Assembly: GCA_024704765.1 (NCBI GenBank)
Contig: JAKMXF010000354.1
Coordinates: 295,690 to 359,689 of the forward strand
DNA length: 64,000 nucleotides
Direction: 5' to 3'
Origin: Oopsacas minuta
Taxonomy: Eukaryota > Animalia > Porifera
Made by a program: the position numbers and the translations under genes. Under the pieces are notes generated by a model, which saw only the letters and a program-made list of their open reading frames with translations, ran no database searches and was not told the origin of the DNA. Shown here one piece after another: positions 33,157-45,400 of the stretch. The number at the start of each line of letters is the position of its first letter. Position 1 is the stretch's first letter.

Positions 33157-34165
33157 CTCCACTTATACTTTGGCGACTATATTTATCTACTACTGTAGAT
33201 ATATTATCCCTATTTATGTTTATGTATACTCCTAAATTCCATACAATAATCCCTTTCAACAAATTAATGCTCATCATGGTGATTTGCTACACGTACTGTC
33301 ACTACTGTGCACTCAATTGGAGTATCCTTGGGTTTGTTCCTGAAACTTAATAAAGTGAACATATGGCGAAAGATTATTAGAACTTGCAAAACCAATTTAC
33401 GCTTTGGTTATTTATTAGATCATCGTATAATTATATAATATTTAGTGTTGAATATCACTTTGAACTTTACCCACTTCACAACCCACACAAGTTGATAATA
33501 GTCTTTATGGTGAGTTCTCTACCTCACTTACGCTCTAAGAATTGACTTGAATTCTAGAAATTCCAAGAATTGGGAATATTTTATTTGCAATTCAAAGAAT
33601 AATTCTAAGAATTTTGTGAATACGAAGTAAGAATTATTCCTAGAATTTGACATATAATATTAGTGAATACGAAACTAAGAATTCTTAGAATTTGGATTTA
33701 GAATTTTTCACGATTGTACGTATAATTCTGAGCTACTATTCGTTGTAATACGGTGTTAAGTGATGGCGGAGGCCCGCAGAGCACTCATAAGATGATAAAA
33801 CACTCTTCATACTCCATACTGAGGCATGAGTGTGTATATTATGTTATCAACACGGACCATTTACATACACTCATACACACTACACTGACTTGACTTTTAA
33901 GTGCATTCCCATTGAATTGCAGGGACGGAGCAAACGGTCAGGCCAGTCAGGCTATGGCCGGGCCTGACCACATTACAATAGTTTAAGGCAATAGCATGAC
34001 CGCTATTTAGCACCTTCCACCGCCCTTGATTGACTTGTAATTATACATGTACACTTTGTTTGATGCACGCTCGAATTTATAATATACGTACGTATGCTGG
34101 CTATAATCTAGGTTGATAAAGTATTTAATGTTCGATATTATTTTCATCAATTTATTATTTATTTT

Positions 34166-34528
34166 CTAGAAGCTTTCAGGTGACCAATCTAGAACCTTAT
34201 CAATTCCATATTTCCTTTTGGCAAACTTTCCATACTTGCCCTCAGCTTGGTAGGTGGGCAGTTCAGTCACTTTATAACCAATCTTCTGTGTGTCAGTTTG
34301 TGGGTAATTAGTTTGTGATTCTTTATTTTCTGATTCACCATCACTTTTTTCTAACACAGTCTCTTTCTTATTATTCTCTTCTTTCCCTTGAGATAAGAAC
34401 CCCCAAGTATCAGGCCACTTCTTTTGTAAGGCTAACTCTTTCTTCACATGATCCTTCCATATTTCATTATTGTGAACGAAATTACAACCTTTGGAAACGA
34501 GCTGTCTTGACCCGAGCATTAGAGACAC
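34166..34528 (-). CDS. Ciliary microtubule inner protein, C20orf85/CIMIP1-like
   Basis: NFVHNNEIWKDHVKKE...WPDTWGFL, PQTDTQKIGY and terminal LDWSPE resemble C20orf85 (QDEIWK...WPQNWGFL, PQTTQGFIGW). Confidence 0.7.
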   Translation of the reverse strand: MSLMLGSRQLVSKGCNFVHNNEIWKDHVKKELALQKKWPDTWGFLSQGKEENNKKETVLEKSDGESENKESQTNYPQTDTQKIGYKVTELPTYQAEGKYGKFAKRKYGIDKVLDWSPESF

Positions 34529-34684
34529 AATTCAGTGCATATGTGCCGACGTTTTATACAAAATAGTGTTTGAACCATGGAATATGATTGGTTGATAGGA
34601 ATTATTCATTATTACTGATAAACTAATTTACATTTAGCTAAAGTATATACAAACATACAAAACTAGCAAGCAATAGTATACCAA

Positions 34685-36361
34685 TTAAAATAGTGCTATA
34701 GTACTTGTATTCAGTTCAAGTGTAGCTCCAAGGCCATTATGCAGGACTGCATATTCACTTCTAGCAATTTGTGCAAGAGATGGAATCTTGTTTTCTAATG
34801 GATCAAATCTTTTTAATATTTCCTTTAGGACACGAGTAATGCAATGATATGATTTGTAATTCCAAGACAAGATGACTAGATACCCATATAGACCCTCACG
34901 TAAACACAGTTCGATATTTTTTACATCCATAAATGTAGCAGACACGATAGTAACAGCCATATGCAGATAACTATCCATCAAACCTCTACTGTATTTAAAT
35001 TTCCACAACGGAGCTGATTGGGGAATAAATAGCATATCAATGAATGGGAGAATTGTACCCCAGGAGGTTCCTCTCAGCTTCTCTCGCTCTGCTATGTCAA
35101 CAGCAGAAGTACAGTTTCTTTGTTGTTGAAATTTAATTTTGAAGTAACCAGGTGAGTAACCGGTTGGAAGATCAAAGGTAGGGTTACGTAAGAGAGCCAT
35201 GTAGAACATAATCAGCCCGTATGCTATATCTGAATCTGCGTTTAGAAAGAAATCTAACCTCTCCAACTTGTTACTAAGTTTCTGTACAATTCCAGCTTTC
35301 ATCATCACCAATGGAACGTTTGGATGGCTTGCCAGAGTGAATAGAAGTGTGCTAGTTATACTCATAGCAAATCTATTGGGTGTCTTAGTGAAATAGTCCA
35401 CGAGTTTCGTCAAGAATTTCTGACTGGTCCCCAGGAACTTCTGTCCAGCGGGAAACTCACCAAATCCAGCTAACAATCCAACACATCCATATTTTATTTC
35501 TGTTGTGGCTTTGGTAGAAATAAAGCGGTCAAGAGCTAGTATGTGAACCTTCTTATTCATAAGTAGAACCCTCTCTTCAAGGTTCTCTCCATAATCCCAC
35601 AACATAAGCATACAAGAGACAGCCAAGTTTTCATAAATTTCTTGATCTGCCCATTCCCATATTTCGATCACTCTATCGATCACTCCTTCATTTGTCAAGT
35701 ATAGTCTATGACAGGTGGTAGCTTCGTCTCTCCAAGGAAGTAGGACACGTTCATACATATAATCCATACTTTGCTTAAGTTCATCTACGTCATCAATGAG
35801 TTCAATATCTGTGATGGGTGGAGGCGGGGATTCAGTAGATTTTATCTTTGGGGGGTTGATATGCTTGTTGTAGAATGCTGTTATCTTATTAGCGTGCTCA
35901 AGGACCAATGGAAATCTGTCAGAACAAGAACGTCCGAAATAAATTAATTGGAGCTGATCTCCCCCTCTGAGAGAGACATCCTGAGAAAGAGATTGGTAGT
36001 CAAACAGTATCATCTCTTTGACAGACAGCTGTAGTTGACAGATGATAGGAATCTGTAATTTGTCAGAGATGAGTTGTTTCAGATCTCTAACTGTTTCTGG
36101 GAGTTCTTCTATACGCAATAGCTTATTGTGCCTACGTTCTGTGTATTCACAGTAACACTGTAGCGTTAGAGTAGTTGGTAAGCGGAGTCTGCAGCGTATT
36201 CGAGGAGGGGAAACATGGAAGGGAATGAATTGTGGACAGGATATTTGGTTAATTTTCTGTTGTTTGATTTCACCGGCGTATTGTAGTGATTGACTGATAG
36301 TGGAATTTCGTAAAGAACGTTTCCTACTATTACTTACAGTCATTTGCATAGTATCAATCAA
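34685..36361 (-). CDS. Uncharacterised 558-aa protein: ubiquitin-like segment, ARM-like helical region, C-terminal BC-box-like motif
   Basis: Intact intronless ORF. ETVRDLKQLISDKLQIP..QLQL...L.D..SL...LRGGDQLQL fits a UBL pattern; terminal IPSLAQIAR. Confidence 0.75.
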   Translation of the reverse strand: MIDTMQMTVSNSRKRSLRNSTISQSLQYAGEIKQQKINQISCPQFIPFHVSPPRIRCRLRLPTTLTLQCYCEYTERRHNKLLRIEELPETVRDLKQLISDKLQIPIICQLQLSVKEMILFDYQSLSQDVSLRGGDQLQLIYFGRSCSDRFPLVLEHANKITAFYNKHINPPKIKSTESPPPPITDIELIDDVDELKQSMDYMYERVLLPWRDEATTCHRLYLTNEGVIDRVIEIWEWADQEIYENLAVSCMLMLWDYGENLEERVLLMNKKVHILALDRFISTKATTEIKYGCVGLLAGFGEFPAGQKFLGTSQKFLTKLVDYFTKTPNRFAMSITSTLLFTLASHPNVPLVMMKAGIVQKLSNKLERLDFFLNADSDIAYGLIMFYMALLRNPTFDLPTGYSPGYFKIKFQQQRNCTSAVDIAEREKLRGTSWGTILPFIDMLFIPQSAPLWKFKYSRGLMDSYLHMAVTIVSATFMDVKNIELCLREGLYGYLVILSWNYKSYHCITRVLKEILKRFDPLENKIPSLAQIARSEYAVLHNGLGATLELNTSTIALF

Positions 36362-37255
36362 TACAGAAAGCTTGTAGTGGCACTAAAGTAATATTATTTT
36401 GAATACGCCACTGTGCAAAGTGCATTTACAAAACTAATGTGCACTACAGCCATGTAATATGGTAGTGTTTCAATAGCTTAGAACAAGAAATCAGACTTGA
36501 GGACGAACAAGCTGTATGAGGTTACATTTCTTTGTTCTAGGAAATCACAAAATTTAGAATACCGAAAAGGTGAAGATAATGTAAGGATTTACATTAACTA
36601 AGCATTTGCCTATTTGATTAATTATAAATAATTATCTATCTAAGCGTTAATTCAATCAAGGTTGCAACAGAATAGTTCAATGTTCGGTTACCAACTGAAT
36701 ATCATCAGTGTTCGGTTGGGCAAACTGAATAATATCAGTATTCGGTTAGGTTACTATTCATGAATACTGATATTCGGTTCGAGCGGTTTCAACCTTGAAT
36801 TTAATTAATGCACACAATAATCGTATTGGAATAAATGTTAGAAGTTTCATAGGTAGAGGTCGCCACGGATTTTCGGCCCGACGCATGCATACTAGTGCAT
36901 AGCATAGAATATTTTATAGAAACTGAATGAAAAGGTAATAAACCAGAGCATTCAGAAACTGTGATGAATAATAATTTCAAAGTTGATCAGGGAATTATAT
37001 AGTAAAAGAACAGTCTATTCGGGACCCTAAAGTAGAGACGCGAAGACTGGTTTCTAATCTTGTGGGACGAGGGCATTGGGCATATAAAACACTTCCTAGT
37101 TGCTGAACTAATCATTATGCAACTACAAGGATTTAAATATACAATTCTTTCTCCGATAATATCAACAAAATAAATACACAACTATGATATCTCAATTAAA
37201 TGAAAAAATTGTGAATAAAAAATAAATCTCATGGTGCATGATGAAACAGCTGGAC

Positions 37256-38806
37256 TTAATGAGAAGGTAACTTCTGTAAGTTAACATACAAACCTCCTTC
37301 ACACTTGGTGATAACTTGGGGAATACGTACAATCTTTTTAGGGACAGATATCAATTCAAAATTATTCAGAATCTTGCTAATAGCTATCACTTCTTCGTTG
37401 ATGGCAAACTTCTGCCCAATGCAATTCCTAGGGCCCCCAGAGAATGGAACATACGCGAAAGGATGTCCCCCAGGAATTTCCTCCTCGAAACGATAAGGAT
37501 TGTACTTTTCGGGATCTTCCCAAATATCGGGTCTCCTATGACATAAAGTTATGGCCAATATAAGCCACACTCCTTTGGGAATGGTGTACTCGCCTATAGT
37601 CAATTCTTCTGTCAATAGTCTATGAACAAAGGGTACAGGTGGATATATTCGCATTGATTCCTTAATACACATGGTAGTGAACTTAAGATTACTGACGTCA
37701 TCGTACTCAATGAATTCTCTCTCCTGCAATAGATCACGTATCTCTTGTCTACATTTCTGCTGGTACTCAGGATGAAGTCCTAACAAGTACAATGTCCAAG
37801 ATATTCCAGATGATGTCGTGTCATGACCTTCAAACAGGAATGTATCCATCTCCTCCATAATGTCATTATCAGATAATTGTGCGCCGGATTGATCTGTAGC
37901 TGTCAAGAGGATGTCAATGAAATCCTTCTTCTTCTTACCAGAACTAAGAGCGTTCATATCTTCCATGAAAGCTCGCCTCCTCGCTTTAATAACTTTCAGG
38001 GAATGGTCGTGTATTATCTTACAACATTTACGGAATTTAAAGCCTTCAGGAGACATATGGAAAACCGATCTGACTTGATAGGGTACGTATGTGATTTGAG
38101 AATTAGAACTGATATTGTTGAAATATATAGCATCAATATACTTTCTGTCAATTGAACCAGATTCCTGACAATTCGAACTATAGGAGCATGCACAGCGTAG
38201 CATTACATCTAACGTCATTAATCCTATGTCATCACCTATCTCCAGCTGAGATTTCCCTTCCTGTAGTGAGCGCTCCCACTTCCCAATCAAACAATCAACA
38301 GCTTCATTGTATATTGAAATATAGCTATGTAGTATCTCGAAATGGAATGCAGGCGTCAACAGACGTCTCCTAGTATGCCATTTTTGGAAATTTGAGATTA
38401 GCAAACCTTCGCCTAAATAAGGTTTAACAATGTTGTATACCTTAGCTTTAGGGGCTGTATTCGCTTTCATTGTTAAGACACGGCCAATAACTTCAGGGTG
38501 TGTAAGCATAATAGCGTATAAGAACGGACCCATGCGTACCCTGAAGAATTGAAGCCTTATATTATCTCTCACGAATTGTTCACACCACAGCAGACCTTGT
38601 TCAGTGGGGTTGAAGAATCGCATTGTACCCCAAAATATTTCGACTGGAGGTCCGGGAAGTTTATCAAGGATGTTTTTATTCTTTGAGAGATAAACGAACG
38701 CCTCTAGCACATAGAGCTGGTAGATGAGAAGTGCGAAAAAGATTGGAATTACTACGTAGATGAAACAGTCCCAGAGGAGAAGAGTTACATTTTCAACTGC
38801 AAACAT
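37256..38806 (-). CDS. Cytochrome P450, CYP4 clan, intronless
   Basis: I-helix EEMDTFLFEGHDTTSSG, ExxR (KESMR), haem motif PFSGGPRNCIGQKFA, N-terminal membrane anchor. Confidence 0.95.
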   Translation of the reverse strand: MFAVENVTLLLWDCFIYVVIPIFFALLIYQLYVLEAFVYLSKNKNILDKLPGPPVEIFWGTMRFFNPTEQGLLWCEQFVRDNIRLQFFRVRMGPFLYAIMLTHPEVIGRVLTMKANTAPKAKVYNIVKPYLGEGLLISNFQKWHTRRRLLTPAFHFEILHSYISIYNEAVDCLIGKWERSLQEGKSQLEIGDDIGLMTLDVMLRCACSYSSNCQESGSIDRKYIDAIYFNNISSNSQITYVPYQVRSVFHMSPEGFKFRKCCKIIHDHSLKVIKARRRAFMEDMNALSSGKKKKDFIDILLTATDQSGAQLSDNDIMEEMDTFLFEGHDTTSSGISWTLYLLGLHPEYQQKCRQEIRDLLQEREFIEYDDVSNLKFTTMCIKESMRIYPPVPFVHRLLTEELTIGEYTIPKGVWLILAITLCHRRPDIWEDPEKYNPYRFEEEIPGGHPFAYVPFSGGPRNCIGQKFAINEEVIAISKILNNFELISVPKKIVRIPQVITKCEGGLYVNLQKLPSH

Positions 38807-39136
38807 ACCGCCTATTCACTATTCACAAAGTAATCAAAAAATTGTACAAAAATATAATTAGAAATTAGTAAACTTTAAAGTATGTATCGATTGTCAGTAT
38901 TTCTTCATCCAACATTACTGTTTTAGAAATTTAACAGAATTAACAATTTTCAAAAGAGTAAAACGCGGAGTAATCTGATCAATTGCAATATTTACAAATG
39001 TAACAAACGCAAACAATTATTAAAAATCTATTTTACTAACTAACACATCGTATATTTGAGTAATTAGAAACTAATTTAAGTGCAGTCGAATGTATTCGTA
39101 AATAAAACTACAAATTTTAGTTAGAAAAAGATTAAA

Positions 39137-40648
39137 TTAAACTGAAGGTTCGACTGAATAGGTATTCGTAGATAAATGAAACTCCTCTACATCATTAAGT
39201 GTTGTAATGACATTATAGTGTCGATCATCTTCTGCTGAGATATTAATGATTCTCTCATTAGGATAATTTCCTGGAGGGTAATAAGTGATGAAGTCCTCCT
39301 TACCAAAGGAGGAGATACGATAAACTCGTATCTGCATTCCTAGGGTATAACCCAATAGTACCATCTCAATCTATTAACATTTATCTAGTGATTAATGTAA
39401 TATGAGATTTAATACAAAAGTACAAAAGCAATTACCATTTCTAGTCCGCCTATACTTCCTACATTATTTAGATGATTAATTAAGAAGTCTTCAAGTGATA
39501 GGGAAGTCTCTCTCAGAAAAAAGTGCTCCATCCCATTTGGGAGTTCTTCACCCGTCTGCGACAATTCCCAGAACTCAGCAGATTTAACGAACATGTAAAA
39601 TTTAATGGCTTCCATCAAAGAGAAGTCAAAACGTTCCGACGGATTTGAGTTAAGATTGTGTAAGAAGTAAACTCTTCCGTCCATCCTAGTAGTAGCTGTC
39701 CTAACTTTATTTAACTATCAAAATAGGAAATAATAATAATACACAAGTTTTACACTAAATAAAATACCGATTAAATGCTTACTTCATAAGCTAAGTTACC
39801 TACACACATCTTCAGGACACTGATTGCATCTCCGAGTTCATGGAATTCTTCTTTGTTAGCAAACGACCACTTCTCCAAGAATGGGTATTTTTCAAATATT
39901 GGTCCAACACACTATATGACAAAGTTAGTGAGTATAGTATTTTATCCAATTAGTTGATTATAAATATACTCACTAACTTCTTGTACTTTTTCTGGACATC
40001 CCATTTTAGCTAGGAGAGGACAGTCAGTCAAATTCTCTATTGAAAATGTCTGGAATAGATTAGAACGAATTGCACAGTAGTTATCTCCACGGATTTGCAG
40101 CAGATGAGTATAACCTAAAACTCCCAGTTCATTATACCCCTATAAACAATTGAGAGAACATATCTATTGGTGTACATGCATTGGACAAGCTCCACTCATT
40201 ATATTGAGGACAGTCTAACATTATTAAACTTTTCAATGCCTAAAACGAGCTATCTCTCGCAACAAACGTAATAATACAATAACTACAGTAGTAGCTCTCA
40301 TTTTGCTTAACAATATTTCGAAACGAATTTAAAATATTTCCAATAATATATTTCCAATCTAACAGTACGTATTCAATTCCTGTAATTATGAATGGATATT
40401 ATTAAAACACATTAATCAGTGTGCTACTAGAAAATCTGAAAGTGAATGTTATCATTACAGCTAACGATGTTTGTAAATTCACATAAACTCACTTTCCTAA
40501 TCCGATCTGCTGTGTCAGTTTTCCCTAACCATTCTTGTGCTATGTAATTTTTGAATGTGATTGGATACCCAACACTGAGGCGTGGATTCACTGACGGTTC
40601 AGTTAAGGGAAAATCAGTTGTTTCTTCTAAGTGATTAATGCTAGCCAT
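39137..40648 (-). CDS. OTULIN: OTULIN (Met1-linkage deubiquitinase); exons 40648-40493, 40139-39978, 39911-39804, 39714-39436, 39370-39137; 312 aa
   Basis: Catalytic RGDNYCAIR and AEDDRHYN, plus FSLMEAIKF and HLNNVGSIGGLE. GT-AG junctions are phase-compatible (939 nt). Confidence 0.9.
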
Positions 40649-41111
40649 TTACATCTAGTGTGCGGAATGAGTTATATACATTTATTTATTATGTGTTGGA
40701 ATAATTACAATAAACAAAGCTGTGTGGCCTTGTACATTTCATAATCTGAAAAGTTCAGAAATTTATTCCACGTACTGATTAATCCTGACATACACATGTC
40801 ATTTTGACATCTCGGAGTATTTGAGGTACCAATCATAAATATAGAAAGAATTAATTACATATAAGGCCAAGAAGAACTTGTTACTACATGACATCCTGCT
40901 GAACTATGGGCTGGCGGTATTTCTTAAGCATTAGGTCATTATAATATGACTTAGAGATAAATTTGATACGAGAACACGCTAAACGAAGCATAACCAATTT
41001 TCTGTAAATGTATTAATCGTGTATTGAATCAAACTGAGTAATGATAATATAGAGTAGCTAAACATATTGGAGGTGCGGTGGAGTTGAAACAAGTCTCCAA
41101 CTAATAGAGAC

Positions 41112-41378
41112 CTGTTGTATGATATTTTGAGGCACTGTATTATAGTACCATGGATATTCAATATCTATAATATTTTGAGGCAGTTGGAATCCATAGAAAT
41201 TTGTGCGATTAATTTAGTTCCAGTTTGACTTGATGATAATCTCAGTTATTACCAGATGTGTATTATTACAACTCATATTACTAACTCCTCTTTTTCCATT
41301 ATTTCAGTTATTTTCATCCCCAACTTATTTGAATCAATAATATAAATTTACTAATCGATAATAAAGTTCATATATAAT

Positions 41379-41443
<65 letters not shown>

Positions 41444-41634
41444 TCCTACACAACAGTACGTAGGAGTCGAGTCTCATAAATAGAAAGGTTAATCGAAATC
41501 AAGAGTAATTTGGTCAACGACGACTCCAAAGGTTGGTGTAGGGTTGTTCACCAGTGAAGTTACTGCCTCAAAATATTATAGATATTGAATATCCATAGTA
41601 CTATAATACAGTGCCTCAAAATATCATACAACAG
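41112..41634. repeat. 73-bp inverted repeat pair (41112-41184 / 41562-41634); foldback/MITE-like
   Basis: 72 of 73 bases complementary; each arm contains two copies of atattttgaggca. Confidence 0.85.
41381..41441. repeat. (AC)30 microsatellite
   Basis: Direct reading. Confidence 0.97.
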
Positions 41635-41667
41635 ACCTAACCTATAAGTGAATATAAGTCTCAAATA

Positions 41668-42117
41668 CAGTGGAAGCCGCTTAATCGGGACAATGATTAG
41701 GGAACAAATTTTTTACATAGAAAAATCACCGGATAATTGGGACATCGAATTGGTTAATCGGGATTTTTTATCCCGATTAACCGAATATGAACTTTATTTC
41801 GCTTAATTAGGATTTTATCCCAAATAAACGATTGTATATTTATTCAGAATGATTGTAATATGGTTTGTTTATAAAACTAGGAATTTTAATATTCTACAAC
41901 GATAACAATACAACACCGATACAATTGCAATTTACAAACTAAGATTATTAACTCTGCTCACTCCCTATATAATCAAGATTTAGTAGTAGTGTAATATGAT
42001 ATTTCTGGTTATGATCTGAGACCATGGAAACTAGTTTGAATACTTAAATATATCATAATCGGTTAGTCGGGACAAAACATTGACTCCCGAGCTGTCCCGA
42101 TTAAGTGGCTTCCACTG
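41668..42117. mobile_element. pogo/Tigger-like MITE, 450 bp
   Basis: 25-bp TIR CAGTGGAAGCC(G/A)CTTAATCGGGACA (24/25 match), TA on both sides, internal aatcgggac-like repeats, no ORF. Confidence 0.9.
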
Positions 42118-42458
42118 TAATACGAAATTAAATTCCAAACATGAATTACTGTGAAACACAGATTACTCTTGTACCTCATCAGCTAATTGCACAACAAAAG
42201 ATACAACGTTACAGTAAATGGAATTAAATTGCATAACTAATTAATAATATACGATATAAACCAAAATATCCTTACTAATCAAAGATTAATGAAATATTAT
42301 AGATACTACGTGTCCTAATGCCTAATAAGGCTAACATGTCTACGAGAAAGTATCGAGAAAGCAAGCTATATATAAACCAACTTTTACAGCTCAGGAATAG
42401 AAATTAGTGATCTTCGATAAGTTATAGCAAACTTCGCTGTCTCAATAATAAAGAATCG

Positions 42459-45400
42459 ATGGTGAGTTAAAAGTGTACATTATCCTATTATGTGTTCTCG
42501 AAAATAAAATAGCCGAATAGAAATATATTTTTGCTAATATTCCATCCCAAAATAACTTTGTTGTGTTGTATCAGATATTCGGAAAATCTATATTATTAAA
42601 TTGCAATTTTGTCTGTCTGTTTGTTCGTTTGTCCGTTGTCAAGGAAGGATTTATGGAATGTTGGATTGAATTCGAATTTCTCAATTCTGGGATGTCGCAT
42701 AACTCTACACATTTATCATATTTAGAAGGAAGTAAACATAATTCAATAAAACATGACTAAACATATCGAATATGCTGAATCTGAAGTTCACACTTTTTAA
42801 CTAATCATATGTAAATTTATTGCTGTTTTTATGAATATAAAGTAAACAAATAATTGAAATCTTGAAACAATCGTAGAGACATGCTCCCAACAAATATATG
42901 GAGTAACAAAGTAAGCTGAATCCGAATTTCGCATATCTCTTGTGTACAAAAGGAATGAAAGTATGAAACTTCCGATAAATGATACGAACTAAAGTACGAA
43001 AGTAGAAATTATTCATATTTGCATATTTACAGGGGAAGTTGAGGATCATAACTATAGCATGTTTACTGCTAATACAAATAATAGGCAACTACAATGTAGA
43101 ATGCGGGATAATACAACCACCAGCAGAGATAACAAATGGTAACCTCAGTTTCAACAATGAACAACTCGTCATTACGCTTTCCTTTAATACATCAGTCTAT
43201 AATTTCCTATTCTTCCTTGAAGGAATATCTCTCTCCAATTCAATGAGTTTCGATTCTCCATGTACATTTACTGATCTTAACATCTCTGTCTCCTTTAATC
43301 TAACGCGGTTAACTCAACATAACTTAACAGTATCTATATCAGATAGTGAAGATATTATAAGGTTTATAGGGGATTACCAAGATTTGACGTGTCTAGAGGA
43401 TATTAACTCTACTTTCATACAACTACCAACAGATTTCATAACACCATCACTGCCGCAAACAATATATCCACTAGAAGTAATACCTGATACCACGTCTCCG
43501 TTTTACATCGTTAATAGCACAATAATAGATCTCAGATTGGGATTTATTCGCAGTACATTCTCTGAACTAATAGTCCCTAATTCTTTCAATATTTCACTAT
43601 TGAGTTTATCGCCTTCAATGGGACCAAATACTTCAGAAATTCTACAACTCTCAACCTTTATCAATTCTCAAATCATGACAGGTGTCAATAGAACCTATTC
43701 TATCAGACTAGAAGTGTTTGAGCTACCATATGTGGCTGAATTTTGCGATAACTCGTGTTATTTACACATTGGTATCGGTGAGGTTGCAAGTGACGTATTC
43801 GGAAATCCGATAACATCTGATGGTGTAGTCGTATCAGCTGAATTGATAAACTATGAACCAGAAATATTTGAAGGGAATTTGTTTACAATTCCATACAGCG
43901 CCACACAAATATCAGTCAGTATATCCCCTCCTATCGAACGTGTTGAAGATGTACTGGGATATCAAGTATACTTATTCCCACTTATAGTTAGTTACTACAA
44001 TGGGAATTGCAATTACAGTCGTGCCTTCCAATTCCAGGAGGGGAAGAATGTCACACAGTGGATTGCAGAAAATCCACTCTTTAGCGGTAGTTTTCCTCCT
44101 TGTCTTAATACTAGTGACTATAGATGTCATTACTCAAACGGAGAGAATGTAACAATTGACATATTTCCAGGGTATGATTTCGCTAACATACTCATCACTC
44201 TCTATCCTCAAATTATGTTCAATTATACTAGCAATTTTTTCTTAATCGATGACTTTTATGATGAGGTTTTGGATATAAAAATTTTCACAAATGATCCTGA
44301 AAATCAACAACAACCTGGAAACGAAACAAATATTCCTTTACCAAAGGGAAACGAAACAAATATTCCTTTACCAAAGGGAAACGAAACAAATATTCCTTTA
44401 CCAAAGGGAAACCAGGTTTTGATGACATGGAATGTAGATCCTAGTTTCTGTGATCAGCATCAACTCACAATCAAATATGGATTACAAGGACAAAACGAAT
44501 ATAAAAGAGGGATTGGGTTTGTGCCAACACAAAATTTCAATTCGTATATTTCTCTGGACAGACAAACAACATGTGTAGACCAGTATGTGTATATCTACGC
44601 TAATTCAAGGGTGATTCAAATTGTCCCAGAAATTAGGATCAATTCATCTCAAATTCACGTCCCTGAAGGTAGCTGTACCTACGTTGAACTGGCATCGTTC
44701 ACTCCATTCATCCCACTGTTCCCTTTTGAATTAGATAGACCAGTAATAACAAGCGCGATAGATAGGTCTAACAGTATCTCACTTACTTGGATTGGCTACG
44801 AACCGGAACCTGGATTTGAAATAGATTTCTACAACGTATACAGCTTTCCAATATTCAATATGAAGTATAATGGTGGGTCTTGTAATGACGTCACATCACA
44901 GACATCACCGAGAGAGTTCACCTTCCAACCCACTGAATACTACATACACAGTGTTAGGCTACCTCAAGATGATTTCCCACTCACATGTCCTCCAAAAGAA
45001 GTAGCTAACATTCCATATCAATGCTACTCAGAATTGTATGTTCCAAGATCAATTTCTATTACTTACGACGCTAGGTATGCATATGGTATTATCGTGGAAG
45101 CAGTTACAAGACACAACGTAACTAATGCAGTGCAGAGGGTTGGAAGTTTCCCATTCATCTTTGATACATTTTCAGTGTTTGGAGCTAACAATGGTCCCTT
45201 TCTGGAAATAGACTGGAATACACAACTATGCCAAACAGAATCCTCATTCATATTCTTCCATTACTTCTCTCCTGGAAATACTGAGTTCAGCCCTCTACTT
45301 GAGCTAAACTCGATAGTTTCCCCATGTTCTGATGGAAAGCTTCTGAATACTGAGATTCTAGAACCAAATTACCCCTATTACGTAAACTATCTCTCAGAGG

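Noticed and set aside
33530-34035. Clustered ctaagaatt motifs and a GC-rich cagggacggagc...ccaccgcccttg segment; similar ttcggtta repeats at ~36680-36790
   Set aside because: Probably eroded transposon ends, but I could not define matching TIRs or TSDs.
31875-36415. CACAGTGG ... CCACTGTG as ends of a Transib-like element capturing three genes
   Set aside because: Only 8 bp match, the 5-bp flanks differ (ggtgt vs caaag), and there is no transposase.
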